41,167 nucleotides of DNA from Balneolales bacterium (lineage in GTDB: Bacteria; Bacteroidota; Rhodothermia; Balneolales; Natronogracilivirgulaceae), in NCBI GenBank assembly GCA_007116685.1, contig SKIC01000178.1, positions 1 to 41,167 on the forward strand, given 5' to 3'. Below the pieces are notes generated by a model. It searched no databases. It was not told where the DNA came from and saw nothing but the letters and a program-made list of their open reading frames with translations. Shown here one piece after another: positions 17,311 through 28,033 of this stretch (its first letter is position 1; every line of letters begins with the position of its first letter). Made by a program: the position numbers and the translations under genes.

Positions 17311-20214
17311 TTAAGCGTTTTCTAGTTCGCTTTCTTCCCATGCTTCCGGTGGAGGACAAGAACAGATCAGGTTTCTGTCTCCATATCCGTCATCAATGCG
17401 GCTAACGGATGGCCAAAATTTGGCATTTTGCACCCATTCTAATGGATAAACTGCCTTTTGGCGTGAATATGGAAAATCCCAATCATCCGATAAAACAACC
17501 GATGCCGGATGCGGTGCATTTTTGAGCACATTATTGTCCTTATCGGCTTTGCCATCGATGATTTCCTGAATTTCCTGACGAATAGAAATGAACGCCTCGC
17601 AAAAACGATCCAATTCGGCCTTGGTTTCGCTTTCTGTAGGTTCAATCATCATGGTTCCTGCCACAGGAAAAGACATGGTTGGCGCATGATATCCGTAATC
17701 CATTAAACGTTTTGCAAGATCAACAGCATCAATTCCACATTCTTGCTTGAAATGGCGAAGTTCGATAATCATTTCGTGCGCTGCACGACCGTTTTCGCCA
17801 ACGTAAAGTGCTTCGAAATGACCTTCCAAACGGTGCTTGATGTAATTCGCATTCAAGATTGCCAATTTGGTAGCATTGGTTAGTCCTTCGGCGCCCATCA
17901 TGCGGATATAGGCATAAGAAATGGCAAGAATACTTGCGGATCCAAAAGGCGCTGCGGAAACAGCTCCCTCTGAAGGAGCATCTTCGTTATCAAACAAAAA
18001 GTGCCCCGGCAAGTGTTCTTCTAAATGCTTAACCACGCCAATTGGTCCCATTCCGGGTCCGCCGCCGCCATGAGGAATACAGAATGTCTTGTGCAAATTG
18101 AGGTGGCAAACATCCGCACCAATAATAGCGGGCGAAGTTAAACCAACCTGAGCATTCATGTTGGCACCGTCCATATATACCTGACCGCCATGCTCATGAA
18201 TCAATGCGCAGATTTCTTTGATTTCGGTTTCAAAAACTCCGTGTGTGGACGGATAAGTAACCATCAGAGCGGCTAATTCGGAACTGTGTTTTTCTGCTTT
18301 TTCTCGCAAATCAGCCACGTCGATATTACCACGCTCATCGCATTTTACGATAACCACTTTCATACCGGCCATCACCGCACTTGCAGGATTAGTGCCGTGC
18401 GCAGAAGATGGAATCAAAGCCACATTGCGATGTCCTTCCCCACGTGCTTTGTGGTAATTGCGGATAGTCATGAGTCCGGCATATTCTCCCTGCGCTCCGG
18501 AATTTGGCTGCATAGACATGGCATCAAATCCGGTGATTTCGCAGAGCCATTGGCTCAATTCCTCAATCATTTGATAATATCCTTCCGCCTGATCAACAGG
18601 AACAAAAGGATGCAGACTTGATAATTCCGGCCAGGTAACAGGAATCATTTCTGTGGTGGCATTCAATTTCATGGTACATGAACCAAGGGAAATCATAGAA
18701 TGAACCAAAGAAATATCTTTGTTTTCCAGACGCTTTAAATAGCGAAGCATCTCATGCTCGCTGTGAAAACTGTTAAATACTTCGTGGCTGAGAAATTCGC
18801 TCTTTCTGGTTAAGGCATCAGGAAAACTCACAGAAATGGAATCCGTTGAAGCAAGTGCATCGGGTGCATCTTTGCCAAGTAGTCTTGCAAAAATATCAAG
18901 CACGAGTTGCACGTCTTCCGGTTCTTTTACCTGATCAAAGGAAATACCTACATAATTATCCTCAAAATAGCGGAAATTCACTTCGTTGCGAACGGCTTCA
19001 GAACGTAAGGCTTCTTTGAAGTCTTCGGATTCAACTTCAATTTTCAGCGTATCGAAATACACTTTATTCACTTGATTCAAACCCAATTCTTTGAGTCCTT
19101 TCTCAGCCAATTTTGTCATGGCGTGAATACGGGAAGCGATCCGCTTCAAGCCCTCAGGTCCGTGATAAACACCATAAGCACCTGCCATTACGGCAAGTAA
19201 AACTTGTGCTGTACAAATATTTGAGGTCGCCTTTTCCCGACGTATGTGCTGCTCTCGGGTTTGCAGAGCCATACGATAGGCCGGCTTTCCGGTTTTATCC
19301 TGAGAAACACCAATAATTCTACCGGGAATTTGGCGCTTATATGCTTCTCGGGTTGCAAAATAGGCTGCATGCGGTCCACCAAAACCCATAGGAACACCAA
19401 AACGCTGAGTGGTTCCAACTACTACATCTGCGCCCATCTCTCCGGGAGGACGTAACAAAGTGAGACTCAACAAGTCTGCGGCAACGGCAGTTTTAATGTC
19501 GTTATCAGCGGCACTTTTAAGCAAATCGCTAATATCATGCACTTCGCCATTGCTATCAGGATACTGCGTAAGTAAACCGAAGATGTCTTCATTTGTGGGA
19601 TCAAAATCCTCTACCGGCGCAAAAATTAAATTAATGCCTAAGGGTTCTGCTCTGGTTTCGAGCAAGGCTTTTGTTTGTGGGAAGATTTTATCACTCACGA
19701 AAAAAGACATCGCTTTTTTCTTTTTGCCTTTTCGTACGTCAAACATCAAACTCATCGCCTCTGCTGCCGCTGTAGCCTCATCCAGCAAAGAAGCATTGGC
19801 TATTTCCATTCCGGTCAAATCCATTACCATCGTCTGATAGTTAATCAGCATTTCCAATCGGCCTTGAGCAATTTCAGCCTGGTAAGGAGTATACGCAGTG
19901 TACCATCCGGGATTTTCCAGAATATTTCTCAAGATGACAGTGGGAGTAATGGTATCGTAATAGCCCATGCCAATAAACGAGCGGAAAATTTTATTCTTAG
20001 AAAAAATCTCTCTGAAATCTTTCAGAAAGTGATGCTCGCTGAGTGGCTCCGGCAAATCCATTGGCTTTGGCAGGCGGATAGACGAAGGAACCGTTTGATC
20101 GATAAGTTCATCAAGAGATGAAACTCCGATGGCATCCAGCATTTCTTGTATGTCTTTCTGTGATGGCGAATTGTGGCGGAATTCGAAGGATTCCCTTGCA
20201 AAAAGATTGGTCAT
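17311..20214 (-). CDS. gcvP: Glycine dehydrogenase (aminomethyl-transferring), single-chain P protein of the glycine cleavage system
   Basis: 967 aa. It is full-length collinear with GcvP as I recognise it ([40 protein letters not shown], and the PLP-lysine region [19 protein letters not shown]). Confidence 0.95.
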   Translation of the reverse strand: MTNLFARESFEFRHNSPSQKDIQEMLDAIGVSSLDELIDQTVPSSIRLPKPMDLPEPLSEHHFLKDFREIFSKNKIFRSFIGMGYYDTITPTVILRNILENPGWYTAYTPYQAEIAQGRLEMLINYQTMVMDLTGMEIANASLLDEATAAAEAMSLMFDVRKGKKKKAMSFFVSDKIFPQTKALLETRAEPLGINLIFAPVEDFDPTNEDIFGLLTQYPDSNGEVHDISDLLKSAADNDIKTAVAADLLSLTLLRPPGEMGADVVVGTTQRFGVPMGFGGPHAAYFATREAYKRQIPGRIIGVSQDKTGKPAYRMALQTREQHIRREKATSNICTAQVLLAVMAGAYGVYHGPEGLKRIASRIHAMTKLAEKGLKELGLNQVNKVYFDTLKIEVESEDFKEALRSEAVRNEVNFRYFEDNYVGISFDQVKEPEDVQLVLDIFARLLGKDAPDALASTDSISVSFPDALTRKSEFLSHEVFNSFHSEHEMLRYLKRLENKDISLVHSMISLGSCTMKLNATTEMIPVTWPELSSLHPFVPVDQAEGYYQMIEELSQWLCEITGFDAMSMQPNSGAQGEYAGLMTIRNYHKARGEGHRNVALIPSSAHGTNPASAVMAGMKVVIVKCDERGNIDVADLREKAEKHSSELAALMVTYPSTHGVFETEIKEICALIHEHGGQVYMDGANMNAQVGLTSPAIIGADVCHLNLHKTFCIPHGGGGPGMGPIGVVKHLEEHLPGHFLFDNEDAPSEGAVSAAPFGSASILAISYAYIRMMGAEGLTNATKLAILNANYIKHRLEGHFEALYVGENGRAAHEMIIELRHFKQECGIDAVDLAKRLMDYGYHAPTMSFPVAGTMMIEPTESETKAELDRFCEAFISIRQEIQEIIDGKADKDNNVLKNAPHPASVVLSDDWDFPYSRQKAVYPLEWVQNAKFWPSVSRIDDGYGDRNLICSCPPPEAWEESELENA

Positions 20215-20375
20215 GAGGCTGTTTTAAATCGTTTTGAACTCGGTTATTAGATAAGTCTTTAAGGTAAGCATTTCTGCTTGTTTCACCATGCACCCAAACG
20301 GCGCTTTACACATTTTAATTCAATTTTTTTCTGCGTGAAAAACCGTTTTTTTAGCCACGAAAAGGCAGGACTTCC

Positions 20376-20732
20376 TTACTCTCTGATAACCAACAAAATA
20401 GCGTGATGAGGCACAATTACATATTTCTCATCCTGAAACTCGATTTCGTGCGCATGGCTCTGAAGATAGATTGCCAAGTCACCCTCCTCAGCTTGTAAAG
20501 GAATGTATTGGGCTTTATCGCCTGATGGTTTCCATGGCTCATCACGATCTGTACCTACCGGATATCCGGGTCCGGCTTTAATTACGTAACCCGAATAAAT
20601 CTTTTCTTTTTCTGATACGCCCGGTGGCAAAAATAATCCTGAGCGTGTCTGACTTTGCTCTGCTCTTGGCTTTAGCAGGAGGCGGTCGCCAATTACGATG
20701 ATATTATCGATTGATGTAATGTGAGTTTCCAT
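20376..20732 (-). CDS. GroES/Cpn10-like family protein (paralogue with an internal insertion; no adjacent groEL)
   Basis: 118 aa. The GroES-like pattern is IGDRLLLKP...TRSGLFLPPG...GYVIKAGPG...GDLAIY...YVIVPHHAILLVI. Confidence 0.6.
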   Translation of the reverse strand: METHITSIDNIIVIGDRLLLKPRAEQSQTRSGLFLPPGVSEKEKIYSGYVIKAGPGYPVGTDRDEPWKPSGDKAQYIPLQAEEGDLAIYLQSHAHEIEFQDEKYVIVPHHAILLVIRE

Positions 20733-21060
20733 AAATGCTATTTATTTGGGTTTCTGAATATACGAAAAATCCAGTCCCCTGAGAGTTTAGATACAGATTC
20801 GTGAACTCAAATGTGAGTGGGAAAAGTTGTATATTTATGAATTAGGTATTTTAAAAATGATTCAGATATCATTCGCAGATGAGCTGACTAATCAAGATGG
20901 ATGAAATCCTAGTGAAAAGTAATCATCAACATTAAAAAACCTATTCAAGAATTATGTCTTGCGTATAAGTGACTGAAACGCAAGCCAATTTCATGTTTAA
21001 GTGCCTTGTCGACTGACGAAACAGAAGGCATTTACTAGGACTGTTAGATTTTAAAAATAG

Positions 21061-22698
21061 ATGATTTTAAAGGTTTTCCTTGGAATTTGGTTTTTAACCA
21101 TTTCTCTGAATTCAATTGATTTATCGGATGAAGAGATTTCTGATACCGTTCGCATTGGTATTCTTGCAAACAGAGGATTTGAAGTTACAGATCGCGATTG
21201 GGGTTATTTAATTGCCTACCTGAACAATGAAATACCAAGTGTACAATTTGAATTGGTACCCCTAGGCTTCGACATGATTGATGAAGCCGTAGTTAATCAA
21301 TCCATTGATTTTGTAATTAGCAATTCAGCTATGTACGCCAGCTGGGAGTACGCAGGCTTGGCCAATCGTATTGCTACTACCATTTATTATGAAAATGCTA
21401 CTAGTGTTTCGAGCTTTGGCTCACTCATTTTTACGCGGAGTGATAATACAGAAGTACAAACTATTCCTGATATCAGAAATAAAACTGTTGCAGCTGTAGA
21501 TAGCGCTTCTCTTGGTGGCTGGCTGGCTGGTTACGGGCTTCTGAAAGAGTTTGGGCTGAATTATAATAAAGCGCATTTTCATCGATTTTTCACTCATTCT
21601 CATGATGAAGTTGTTTTTGCCGTGTTATCGGGAGAGGCTGATGTTGGTATTATCCGCTCTACACATTTGGAACGGATGGCTGATGAGGGATTAATAAATC
21701 TAAATGATTTCAAAGCCATTGAGAGTCCTCACTCACATCCAATTTATCCATTTTTAGTGTCAACGCAGCTATATCCTGCCTGGCCATTTGCAGCATTAGC
21801 ACACACGAATTTTCGTTTGAGCCGAGAGGTAGCAATTGCTCTTTTTCGCTTTGAAAATACCTATTCCGGCACTTTGGGCTCAGGTAGAAATGGCTGGACT
21901 GTACCATTGGATTATTCGCCAGTAATGAATTTGTTGCGCACCTTAAAGATTTCTCCTTTTATAAGTCCCGACCCGACTCTGCGAGAAATGGTGGTTTTAT
22001 TACGATTTGAAATTCTGATTCTAACGGGAGTATTTCTGATTATCGTAATAGTATCTGTAAATTTGTGGCGCGCAGAAAGGAGAATCCAATCTACTTTGGA
22101 TGGCAAAGAGTTAATGCTGCAAGAGGTACACCATCGTATCAAAAACAACATGAACACTATTTATGGACTAATCATACTGGAAGAAGACCGAATCAAAGAC
22201 AAAGAGTCGCGTGAAATTTTGGTGGATGTTGCCAAGCGAGTGCAAGCCATGCAGATTATGTACACAAAGTTGTATCAAACAACCTATGAGGGAAGTATTA
22301 ATTTATCGGAATTTTTGCCTGATTTACTAAATGAGATACTTGCCAATTTCGAGCATAAAACTAAAATCAAATTGCATACTTCCATCTCAAACACGTATAT
22401 AAATCCAAAGTTACTATCGAGTTTGGTTATCATTTTGAATGAATTGCTTTCTAACTCTGTAAAGCATGGATTTCAAAATCATGAAACACCGGAAGTTTTT
22501 GTTCAGATACGTAAGAGTAAAGATATCTTAATTGTAACTGTTACCGACAATGGTGGTGATTTCCCGTCAAAAGAAATTCCAACCTCAGGCTTTGGTTTAC
22601 GATTGGTTGAAATGCTTTGCGAACAGCATAACGGAGAGATGACAATTACAGGCAATAACAACGAAACGAGCATCAATATTAAACTTAGGGTAGAATAG
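21061..22698 (+). CDS. Sensor histidine kinase with a PhnD-like periplasmic substrate-binding domain and a HisKA_2/HWE-type kinase core
   Basis: 545 aa. The N-terminal SBP-like domain is followed by a TM helix (ILILTGVFLIIVIVSV). The H-box is EVHHRIKNNMNTIYGLI. The HATPase_c region contains ELLSNSVKHG, DNGGDFP and GFGLRLV. Confidence 0.8.
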   Translation: MILKVFLGIWFLTISLNSIDLSDEEISDTVRIGILANRGFEVTDRDWGYLIAYLNNEIPSVQFELVPLGFDMIDEAVVNQSIDFVISNSAMYASWEYAGLANRIATTIYYENATSVSSFGSLIFTRSDNTEVQTIPDIRNKTVAAVDSASLGGWLAGYGLLKEFGLNYNKAHFHRFFTHSHDEVVFAVLSGEADVGIIRSTHLERMADEGLINLNDFKAIESPHSHPIYPFLVSTQLYPAWPFAALAHTNFRLSREVAIALFRFENTYSGTLGSGRNGWTVPLDYSPVMNLLRTLKISPFISPDPTLREMVVLLRFEILILTGVFLIIVIVSVNLWRAERRIQSTLDGKELMLQEVHHRIKNNMNTIYGLIILEEDRIKDKESREILVDVAKRVQAMQIMYTKLYQTTYEGSINLSEFLPDLLNEILANFEHKTKIKLHTSISNTYINPKLLSSLVIILNELLSNSVKHGFQNHETPEVFVQIRKSKDILIVTVTDNGGDFPSKEIPTSGFGLRLVEMLCEQHNGEMTITGNNNETSINIKLRVE

Positions 22699-22825
22699 CG
22701 CTCCAAATGGTCAGTTATTCGCAGAATACACTTCGCTTTAGATTGCTTCTGAGATGAACTTGCCCTATTTTTGGAATCTGTAAAAAAGCCGCCAGCACTA
22801 AACTTCAGCTTTTTTTTTAGAAGTT

Positions 22826-22899
22826 CGGGATGTGGCTCAGCCCGGTAGAGCACTCGCATGGGGTGCGAGGGGTCGCAGGTTCAAATCCTGTCATCCCGA
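22826..22899 (+). tRNA. tRNA-Pro (anticodon GGG)
   Basis: Manual cloverleaf. The acceptor stem is cgggatg/catcccg and the D stem is gctc/gagc. The anticodon stem ctcgc/gcgag carries the loop a-t-GGG-g-t. There is a 5-nt variable loop, a T arm gcagg-ttcaaat-cctgt and discriminator A. No CCA is encoded. Confidence 0.9.
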
Positions 22900-22912
22900 C
22901 TGAACGCAAAAA

Positions 22913-22946
22913 GGGAATCATGATTCGTATCGTGATTCCCTTTTTT
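22913..22946 (+). terminator. Intrinsic terminator downstream of tRNA-Pro
   Basis: gggaatcatga / tcgtgattccc forms a stem (one G-U pair) with a 6-nt loop, followed by TTTTTT. Confidence 0.8.
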
Positions 22947-23019
22947 GTTTTATAGAAGTCTTTGATTATAGGTAATCCTCCACCGCAGCGGATGAATAAT
23001 CAAGATTTTAAAATATCCT

Positions 23020-23391
23020 CTAATCAAAACTCGGAAGCATTGCCCGCAGTTGGTCAGGTAGTTCTAATTCCGTGTCGGGAGGCAAGGCTTCAATACTGCG
23101 AGCGTACCATTGCATACCCACACGAGCCAAACGAAATGATATTTTATCTCCAGGTTCAAGCTCAGAAACAAGCTCTGGAGAATCAATTCTAAGATTCATG
23201 CGCATGGCGTTCATGACTTCAGGAATATCCTCATGAGCCACAGAAATGACATTAATATCGGCATCCAAACTTAGAAAGATTCCTCTGGTATCATAAGAGG
23301 CAGATTCATCGCGAGTTTCAGATTCACTGCCGCAAGCCATCAAGCCTAAAGCTAATAAGAGAATTACTACAGTCAGATAGTGATTTTTCAT
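23020..23391 (-). CDS. Small lipoprotein with a CusF-like (periplasmic copper-binding, OB-fold) region
   Basis: I chose the internal start MKNHYLTVVILLLALGLMAC (lipobox LMAC) rather than the ORF-track start at 23457, which overlaps tamB. The core GIFLSLDADINVISVAHEDIPEVMNAMRMNLRI...GDKISFRL resembles the CusF pattern HxxIPxxxxxxMTMxF...GDxVxF. Confidence 0.5.
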   Translation of the reverse strand: MKNHYLTVVILLLALGLMACGSESETRDESASYDTRGIFLSLDADINVISVAHEDIPEVMNAMRMNLRIDSPELVSELEPGDKISFRLARVGMQWYARSIEALPPDTELELPDQLRAMLPSFD

Positions 23392-23446
23392 AGTTTTTGA
23401 TTTTTTATGATAAGGGGTTGATGCGAAAAGATACGGTCTAGAATCG

Positions 23447-26400
23447 TCAATAATCATATCGCCAGAGAATATCTACTCCGGTTCGGTAATCATCACTGGC
23501 GGTTATTAGCAAATCCAGGTTGTTCCTAAGCATGTATTCAATCAATACCTGACGGCCAAGGTTGGTACCGCCTAATTCCTGAACATATGCTATAAACAAT
23601 CGGTCTGTAACATATTTACCTGCTTTAATAGACGTGCCTGAGCCTGTACCTTTTTGATTATTATCGATTTCAACCACGTCAATTCCAAGACGATCGGCGG
23701 CAAGCTGCTCGATTCTGTCTATGATTAGATCGATCGCGATATCTGCAGCAAAATCACTTTGAGACCTTCCGGATACCGATCTTTCCCAGCCGGCTAAAGC
23801 GGCAAACGGTCTGCCAAATAGCGTATAACTGACAATATCCTGAAATCCCATTTCAGGATCACTCTCGTAAGAAAATTCAGGCTCTTCAACGGTTCCTGAG
23901 ATCACATAAAAAATCCGAATATCCTCGCCGGTTTGTCGTGGGCGGTACACTGTTCGAATATTCATTTCAGGATTGGTAGCCGGCCCACTGAATAAAATCG
24001 AGCCACTATCCATTTCAAATCGCTTATTAAATAGCGTAGTGGCATGTCCGGTTGGAATCTCAAGTTCTCCAAAAATCTCAACATCTTCGTCTCCGGGGTT
24101 TTTCACAAGATCCAATTCACCTCGTAAATCCAGATTCAATTCAGGGTCGCGACGGTTTCTAAGGAAGAAATTTCTGGTAAATACGATTCCCATCTCCATT
24201 TGCATTGGCGTAAAGAAATCGAACATTTCTGTAGTAGTTGATTCTTCATCTTCAAGCTTCACATCTTCTATCGTTCGCTCTCCGAAATTGTCCAGATAAA
24301 TTACGCCTCGTTCCATTGTAAGGTCGCCACTGAGTTGTAAACTTTCCAATGGACCCCTCAAATCGGTGTTCAAACTGATAAACAAATCGATATCTCGAGT
24401 ATCATATACTCTGAAATTTCGAGCATTGGCTCGCAATTGTATATCCGAAGGCATAAATCCATCAAGGCTAATTTCACCACTGGCTGATAATGAGCCCCCA
24501 CTATCCATGCTTAATTGCTCTATGGTGATCTTGTCCGGTTCAAAGAGCAAATCCATTCGCATATTTTGAAATCGGATATTGTTCTCAATCACACGTACCG
24601 AACCATTTCGTAAGCGAGCATAACCGAGGGCTTCAAGCTTTTCCGGTGGACCTTTCACGTTGATATCAGCTTGCAAAGAACCCCGTAAGCCTCTTGCCAC
24701 ATCCCGCGGAATAAAATCGTTTAGCGTTGCCAATCGAAACTCATTAGAAACAAAACTTACATCCAAAGGGTTATCCTGATCGGGACCTGAAATATCAAAA
24801 CTTTGGAAATCTATAAAAAGCGGTATATCCCCTGAAATTTCCAGAACTCTCTGATCCAAAGAGTTCATAAATCCGACTAAATTTATCTGATTTTCTTCAT
24901 GTGAATAATCCATTCTCAGATCTAAAGAATCTACCGGCACATCTGAAATCCTGGCACCATATAAAATAAATTCTCCCGTCAAATTGGGACTTCCGGCAGT
25001 GCCACTCAATGTGCTATTTGCTTGCAATCTTCCCGTTAACCCCTCCAATCCAAGCATTGCTAATACAGGAGTAAATTCCTGCAGATCAAAATCGGGAATA
25101 TGTAGGCTACCCATTACTTCCTGCTCAAAAAACTCAGCATCTAAATCTTCCGGAGCTTCAGGCTGAAATGGCAATGTGTAAGATGCTGCGATATATTCTT
25201 TTTGATCTTTGCGAACAGCAAAATTCAAATCCAGCCATTCCTCGATAATTGTAGCCCTGAGTTGTAGCGTGTCCAAGGCGATTTCATCCATTTTAAAACT
25301 GTGCACTATTATATCCGAATCAAGGTTTATATGCTCTAAACCTCGAATATCAAAAGCAATTCGTCCGCTTAAAAACGCATCAAACATGGCTTCGTCCATA
25401 ACCACTTGCTGAATAAGTCCTAAATCGGCATCCTGTCCATCAAACATTCCCCGAAAACTTTCTTCACCATACTGTTCAATGGCGAGCGTAATTTTTGATG
25501 AATTATTTGAAGATAATCTGAGCGTATCCAGGCGAATTTTGGAATCTTTTTGCTCAAACAAGAAGGGCTCCATTAATTCATATCCACCAACAGGATCAAA
25601 GATGGATAAATGTGTAGTAAAAACTTCCAGAATATCTTGGGCAATCCGAACTTCTGCTTTTTGGGCTATACCGCTGCCTTCACGTACCAAAAATTCAAAG
25701 TCAAAGGAATTTGTATGCAGATTCCCGTCGAGCTTTCCTTCAGAATTAATCGTAACGGAATGAGCGGTAAATGCCGGTGTGCCCGGTTCTGAGATTTTAA
25801 TTTCTAGAGAGTAATTTATTTTTTCAGAAATGTTGGCTTGAAAACTTCCATCTATCTGACTCACTGCTATGGTATCAGCTTCGATTTCCCGTAGCGCTAG
25901 TTCGGCATTTATTCCAAGTCGTTCATTTTCTTCGGCGCGTGCGGTTCCTGTAATATTTCCAAGCACAAAGAGCCTTTCGAGCCCGGCAAGATTACTGAAA
26001 GGGGAAACATCTTTGATATCCAGAGAGAAATCAGCAAAATTCTCAGGGTGATAAGGCTCATCCAACTTGAAATTCACTTTCAATTGCGCATCTGCAATAT
26101 CACTAATCAGTCGGGCATCCTGGATGATTAGGTTCGGCCCATTCAATCTAAAATCACTCCCAAACGATGGAATGAATGCGCGGTTTACAAAGGAACTGTC
26201 TGCATCAAAATTCGCTTGTAATTGTATGGTTTCAGGATCAAAACCTTTGCCTTCTCCTTCAAGGTAAAACCTCAGGCGTGTTGGAAGAGCATCTAATCCC
26301 TGAATTACGGCCAGATTAAATTGCTCCGTGAATACGCCAAATTCGTATCGAGGCTCTTCATCCTCCAAATTTAGATTCAATGATGCAATTAACTCAGAAT

Positions 26401-27940
26401 CTTCGATAGTCAGTTTTACATCCGAACTAATTTTATCCAATCCTGCAATACCCTCTGCTTCTAAACGGGAGAAAGATTGCATGGGGAGGCGTACATCTTC
26501 CAAAATTACATTATATGCAACCTGTGCAATTTCGGGATCAAAACCCCGCCCGCTAATTTCTGCCAGAATAGCCATACTGCCGGATAAATTTTCATCCCTG
26601 GCCCAATAACCGGGATTAAAATTTCGAATTTCTATTTTTGATGTCCAATCGGATTCTTCCTGGAATATTTCGGACGCATTGGCGGAAATTGAAAAGTTCT
26701 GAGAATCGCTACTCCATTCAATATTTGAAACTAAACGATCGATATCCAGATGGGCATCCAAGATCACATCTTTTATCTCCCATGTGTTAACGTCGATATG
26801 CGAGATTTTGCCATGTAATTCAAAAATGGCCTCTGCCAAATAAGCTGGATTCATATTTCCGGTACCTGAAAAATTCAGTCCGCTAATAATTGGTAAATCA
26901 TCAATGCCGGTTAGTTCCGAGAGCGCTATTTTATCGATGCTCGTTTGGAATGATTTCAGCTCAAAATCAGGGAATACTGCAAACCTTGTTTGTAATTCAA
27001 AGTTTTGCAGATCATCTGCGTTAACCTGTAACCCGGCGCGCAAATCCTGTAAACTACCACCGATTTTTAGAATGATATCTAAATCCTGGCGCAGAGGTAG
27101 TTCTTCTATGTAAGCTGCCAGTTCTTTGTGAGAAAGAGGTTTTATACTTAAATCAGCTTCTACCGAGTCATCGTTTTCATCAAAAAATGCGGAGCTTCTC
27201 AATAAACTTGCCCCACTCTCGAACAGAAACTCATTTAGTGAAAAACGACCTTTCTTATAATCTACCCCAGCTTGTACAAATAATGGATGCTCAAATCGCC
27301 CCTCGATGATATTGAGACGTAAATCCGCCAATTCTAATTCCATGTCGTCTTTTAGCATAGCAAAACCAGCAGCAATATTTAGGTCTCTGACAGCAAGCGT
27401 TGTATCAGGAAGAAATTGAGGGCTATGTACATTTAGACTACCTTTTTCAATTGTAAACGAAGAAATACGAAATGGGAATGGAAACTCCGAATCTCCCTCA
27501 GAGTCTTCTACTTCACCAGGCTCTGATGGTGGCAGAATATCCAGTACATTCCAGGAATCGAAACTGGTTTGCCTCAGATTGAGTGTTGGTTTAGAAATTC
27601 TGAGCTCTTTGATATTGAATTCACTTTGAAGCAAACTAAACAGTGAATAAGAAACCGAGAGCGTATCCAAGCCTAGGATTTTTTCCTGTTCGTCAAATAA
27701 TGACAATTCTTCAATAACGAGGTGAGAAAAAACATTTCCCCGCATGTTTTTGATTTTCAGGCTAGCATCCAATTGTTCAGAAACTTGTTTTTCAGCAATT
27801 TTCTTGATTTGATTCATCAGAAAATCACTTTGAGCCAGCCAGACAATACCTAAAACAAGCGTTGTTAGAACGAGTGAAAACCAGACGCTTTTACGCCTGA
27901 ATAATGATTTTTTGTTATTTGCTTGTTGTGGAGATTCCAT
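23447..27940 (-). CDS. tamB: Translocation and assembly module protein TamB (DUF490 family)
   Basis: 1497 aa with an N-terminal membrane anchor and a long beta-rich repetitive body. The C-terminal DUF490-like end is KAGKYVTDRLFIAYVQELGG...DLLITASDDYRTGVDILWRYDY. It lies immediately downstream of a BamA/TamA-family gene. Confidence 0.85.
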   Translation of the reverse strand: MESPQQANNKKSLFRRKSVWFSLVLTTLVLGIVWLAQSDFLMNQIKKIAEKQVSEQLDASLKIKNMRGNVFSHLVIEELSLFDEQEKILGLDTLSVSYSLFSLLQSEFNIKELRISKPTLNLRQTSFDSWNVLDILPPSEPGEVEDSEGDSEFPFPFRISSFTIEKGSLNVHSPQFLPDTTLAVRDLNIAAGFAMLKDDMELELADLRLNIIEGRFEHPLFVQAGVDYKKGRFSLNEFLFESGASLLRSSAFFDENDDSVEADLSIKPLSHKELAAYIEELPLRQDLDIILKIGGSLQDLRAGLQVNADDLQNFELQTRFAVFPDFELKSFQTSIDKIALSELTGIDDLPIISGLNFSGTGNMNPAYLAEAIFELHGKISHIDVNTWEIKDVILDAHLDIDRLVSNIEWSSDSQNFSISANASEIFQEESDWTSKIEIRNFNPGYWARDENLSGSMAILAEISGRGFDPEIAQVAYNVILEDVRLPMQSFSRLEAEGIAGLDKISSDVKLTIEDSELIASLNLNLEDEEPRYEFGVFTEQFNLAVIQGLDALPTRLRFYLEGEGKGFDPETIQLQANFDADSSFVNRAFIPSFGSDFRLNGPNLIIQDARLISDIADAQLKVNFKLDEPYHPENFADFSLDIKDVSPFSNLAGLERLFVLGNITGTARAEENERLGINAELALREIEADTIAVSQIDGSFQANISEKINYSLEIKISEPGTPAFTAHSVTINSEGKLDGNLHTNSFDFEFLVREGSGIAQKAEVRIAQDILEVFTTHLSIFDPVGGYELMEPFLFEQKDSKIRLDTLRLSSNNSSKITLAIEQYGEESFRGMFDGQDADLGLIQQVVMDEAMFDAFLSGRIAFDIRGLEHINLDSDIIVHSFKMDEIALDTLQLRATIIEEWLDLNFAVRKDQKEYIAASYTLPFQPEAPEDLDAEFFEQEVMGSLHIPDFDLQEFTPVLAMLGLEGLTGRLQANSTLSGTAGSPNLTGEFILYGARISDVPVDSLDLRMDYSHEENQINLVGFMNSLDQRVLEISGDIPLFIDFQSFDISGPDQDNPLDVSFVSNEFRLATLNDFIPRDVARGLRGSLQADINVKGPPEKLEALGYARLRNGSVRVIENNIRFQNMRMDLLFEPDKITIEQLSMDSGGSLSASGEISLDGFMPSDIQLRANARNFRVYDTRDIDLFISLNTDLRGPLESLQLSGDLTMERGVIYLDNFGERTIEDVKLEDEESTTTEMFDFFTPMQMEMGIVFTRNFFLRNRRDPELNLDLRGELDLVKNPGDEDVEIFGELEIPTGHATTLFNKRFEMDSGSILFSGPATNPEMNIRTVYRPRQTGEDIRIFYVISGTVEEPEFSYESDPEMGFQDIVSYTLFGRPFAALAGWERSVSGRSQSDFAADIAIDLIIDRIEQLAADRLGIDVVEIDNNQKGTGSGTSIKAGKYVTDRLFIAYVQELGGTNLGRQVLIEYMLRNNLDLLITASDDYRTGVDILWRYDY

Positions 27941-28033
27941 TTGCCTGAATTATTCAGCAATCAGTTTTTTCATAAATATCTAAACGTAATAATGCCTTCT
28001 GTAACAGTTTCATTTTTGGGTGAATACTTCGGG

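Noticed and set aside
20215-20375. Expected a glycine riboswitch upstream of gcvP.
   Set aside because: Reading the minus strand of this 161-nt leader, I find neither the GGAGAG...CACCG-type cores nor a tandem aptamer arrangement. The region is AT-rich with only a weak hairpin.
22503-22859. A 118-aa minus-strand ORF spanning the end of the kinase gene and tRNA-Pro.
   Set aside because: It overlaps a confidently folded tRNA and the kinase C-terminus, and no motif is recognisable.
23392-23457. The longer ORF-track start for the CusF-like gene (145 aa), which overlaps the tamB stop.
   Set aside because: The internal Met at 23391 is followed directly by a lipoprotein signal peptide with a lipobox (LGLMAC). 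The upstream 22 residues have no signal character.
22826-23457. tRNA-Pro as an integration hotspot for a genomic island.
   Set aside because: There is no integrase, no direct repeat of the tRNA 3-prime end that I could find downstream, and the adjacent genes are the conserved TAM locus.
23973-27113. A series of 60-108 aa plus-strand ORFs antisense to tamB. There are similar antisense ORFs inside gcvP, the tricorn gene, the CotH gene and the PKD gene.
   Set aside because: They lie entirely within long, well-supported minus-strand genes. Their composition is low-complexity Ser/Ile/Lys-rich, and there are no recognisable motifs. They are typical shadow ORFs.
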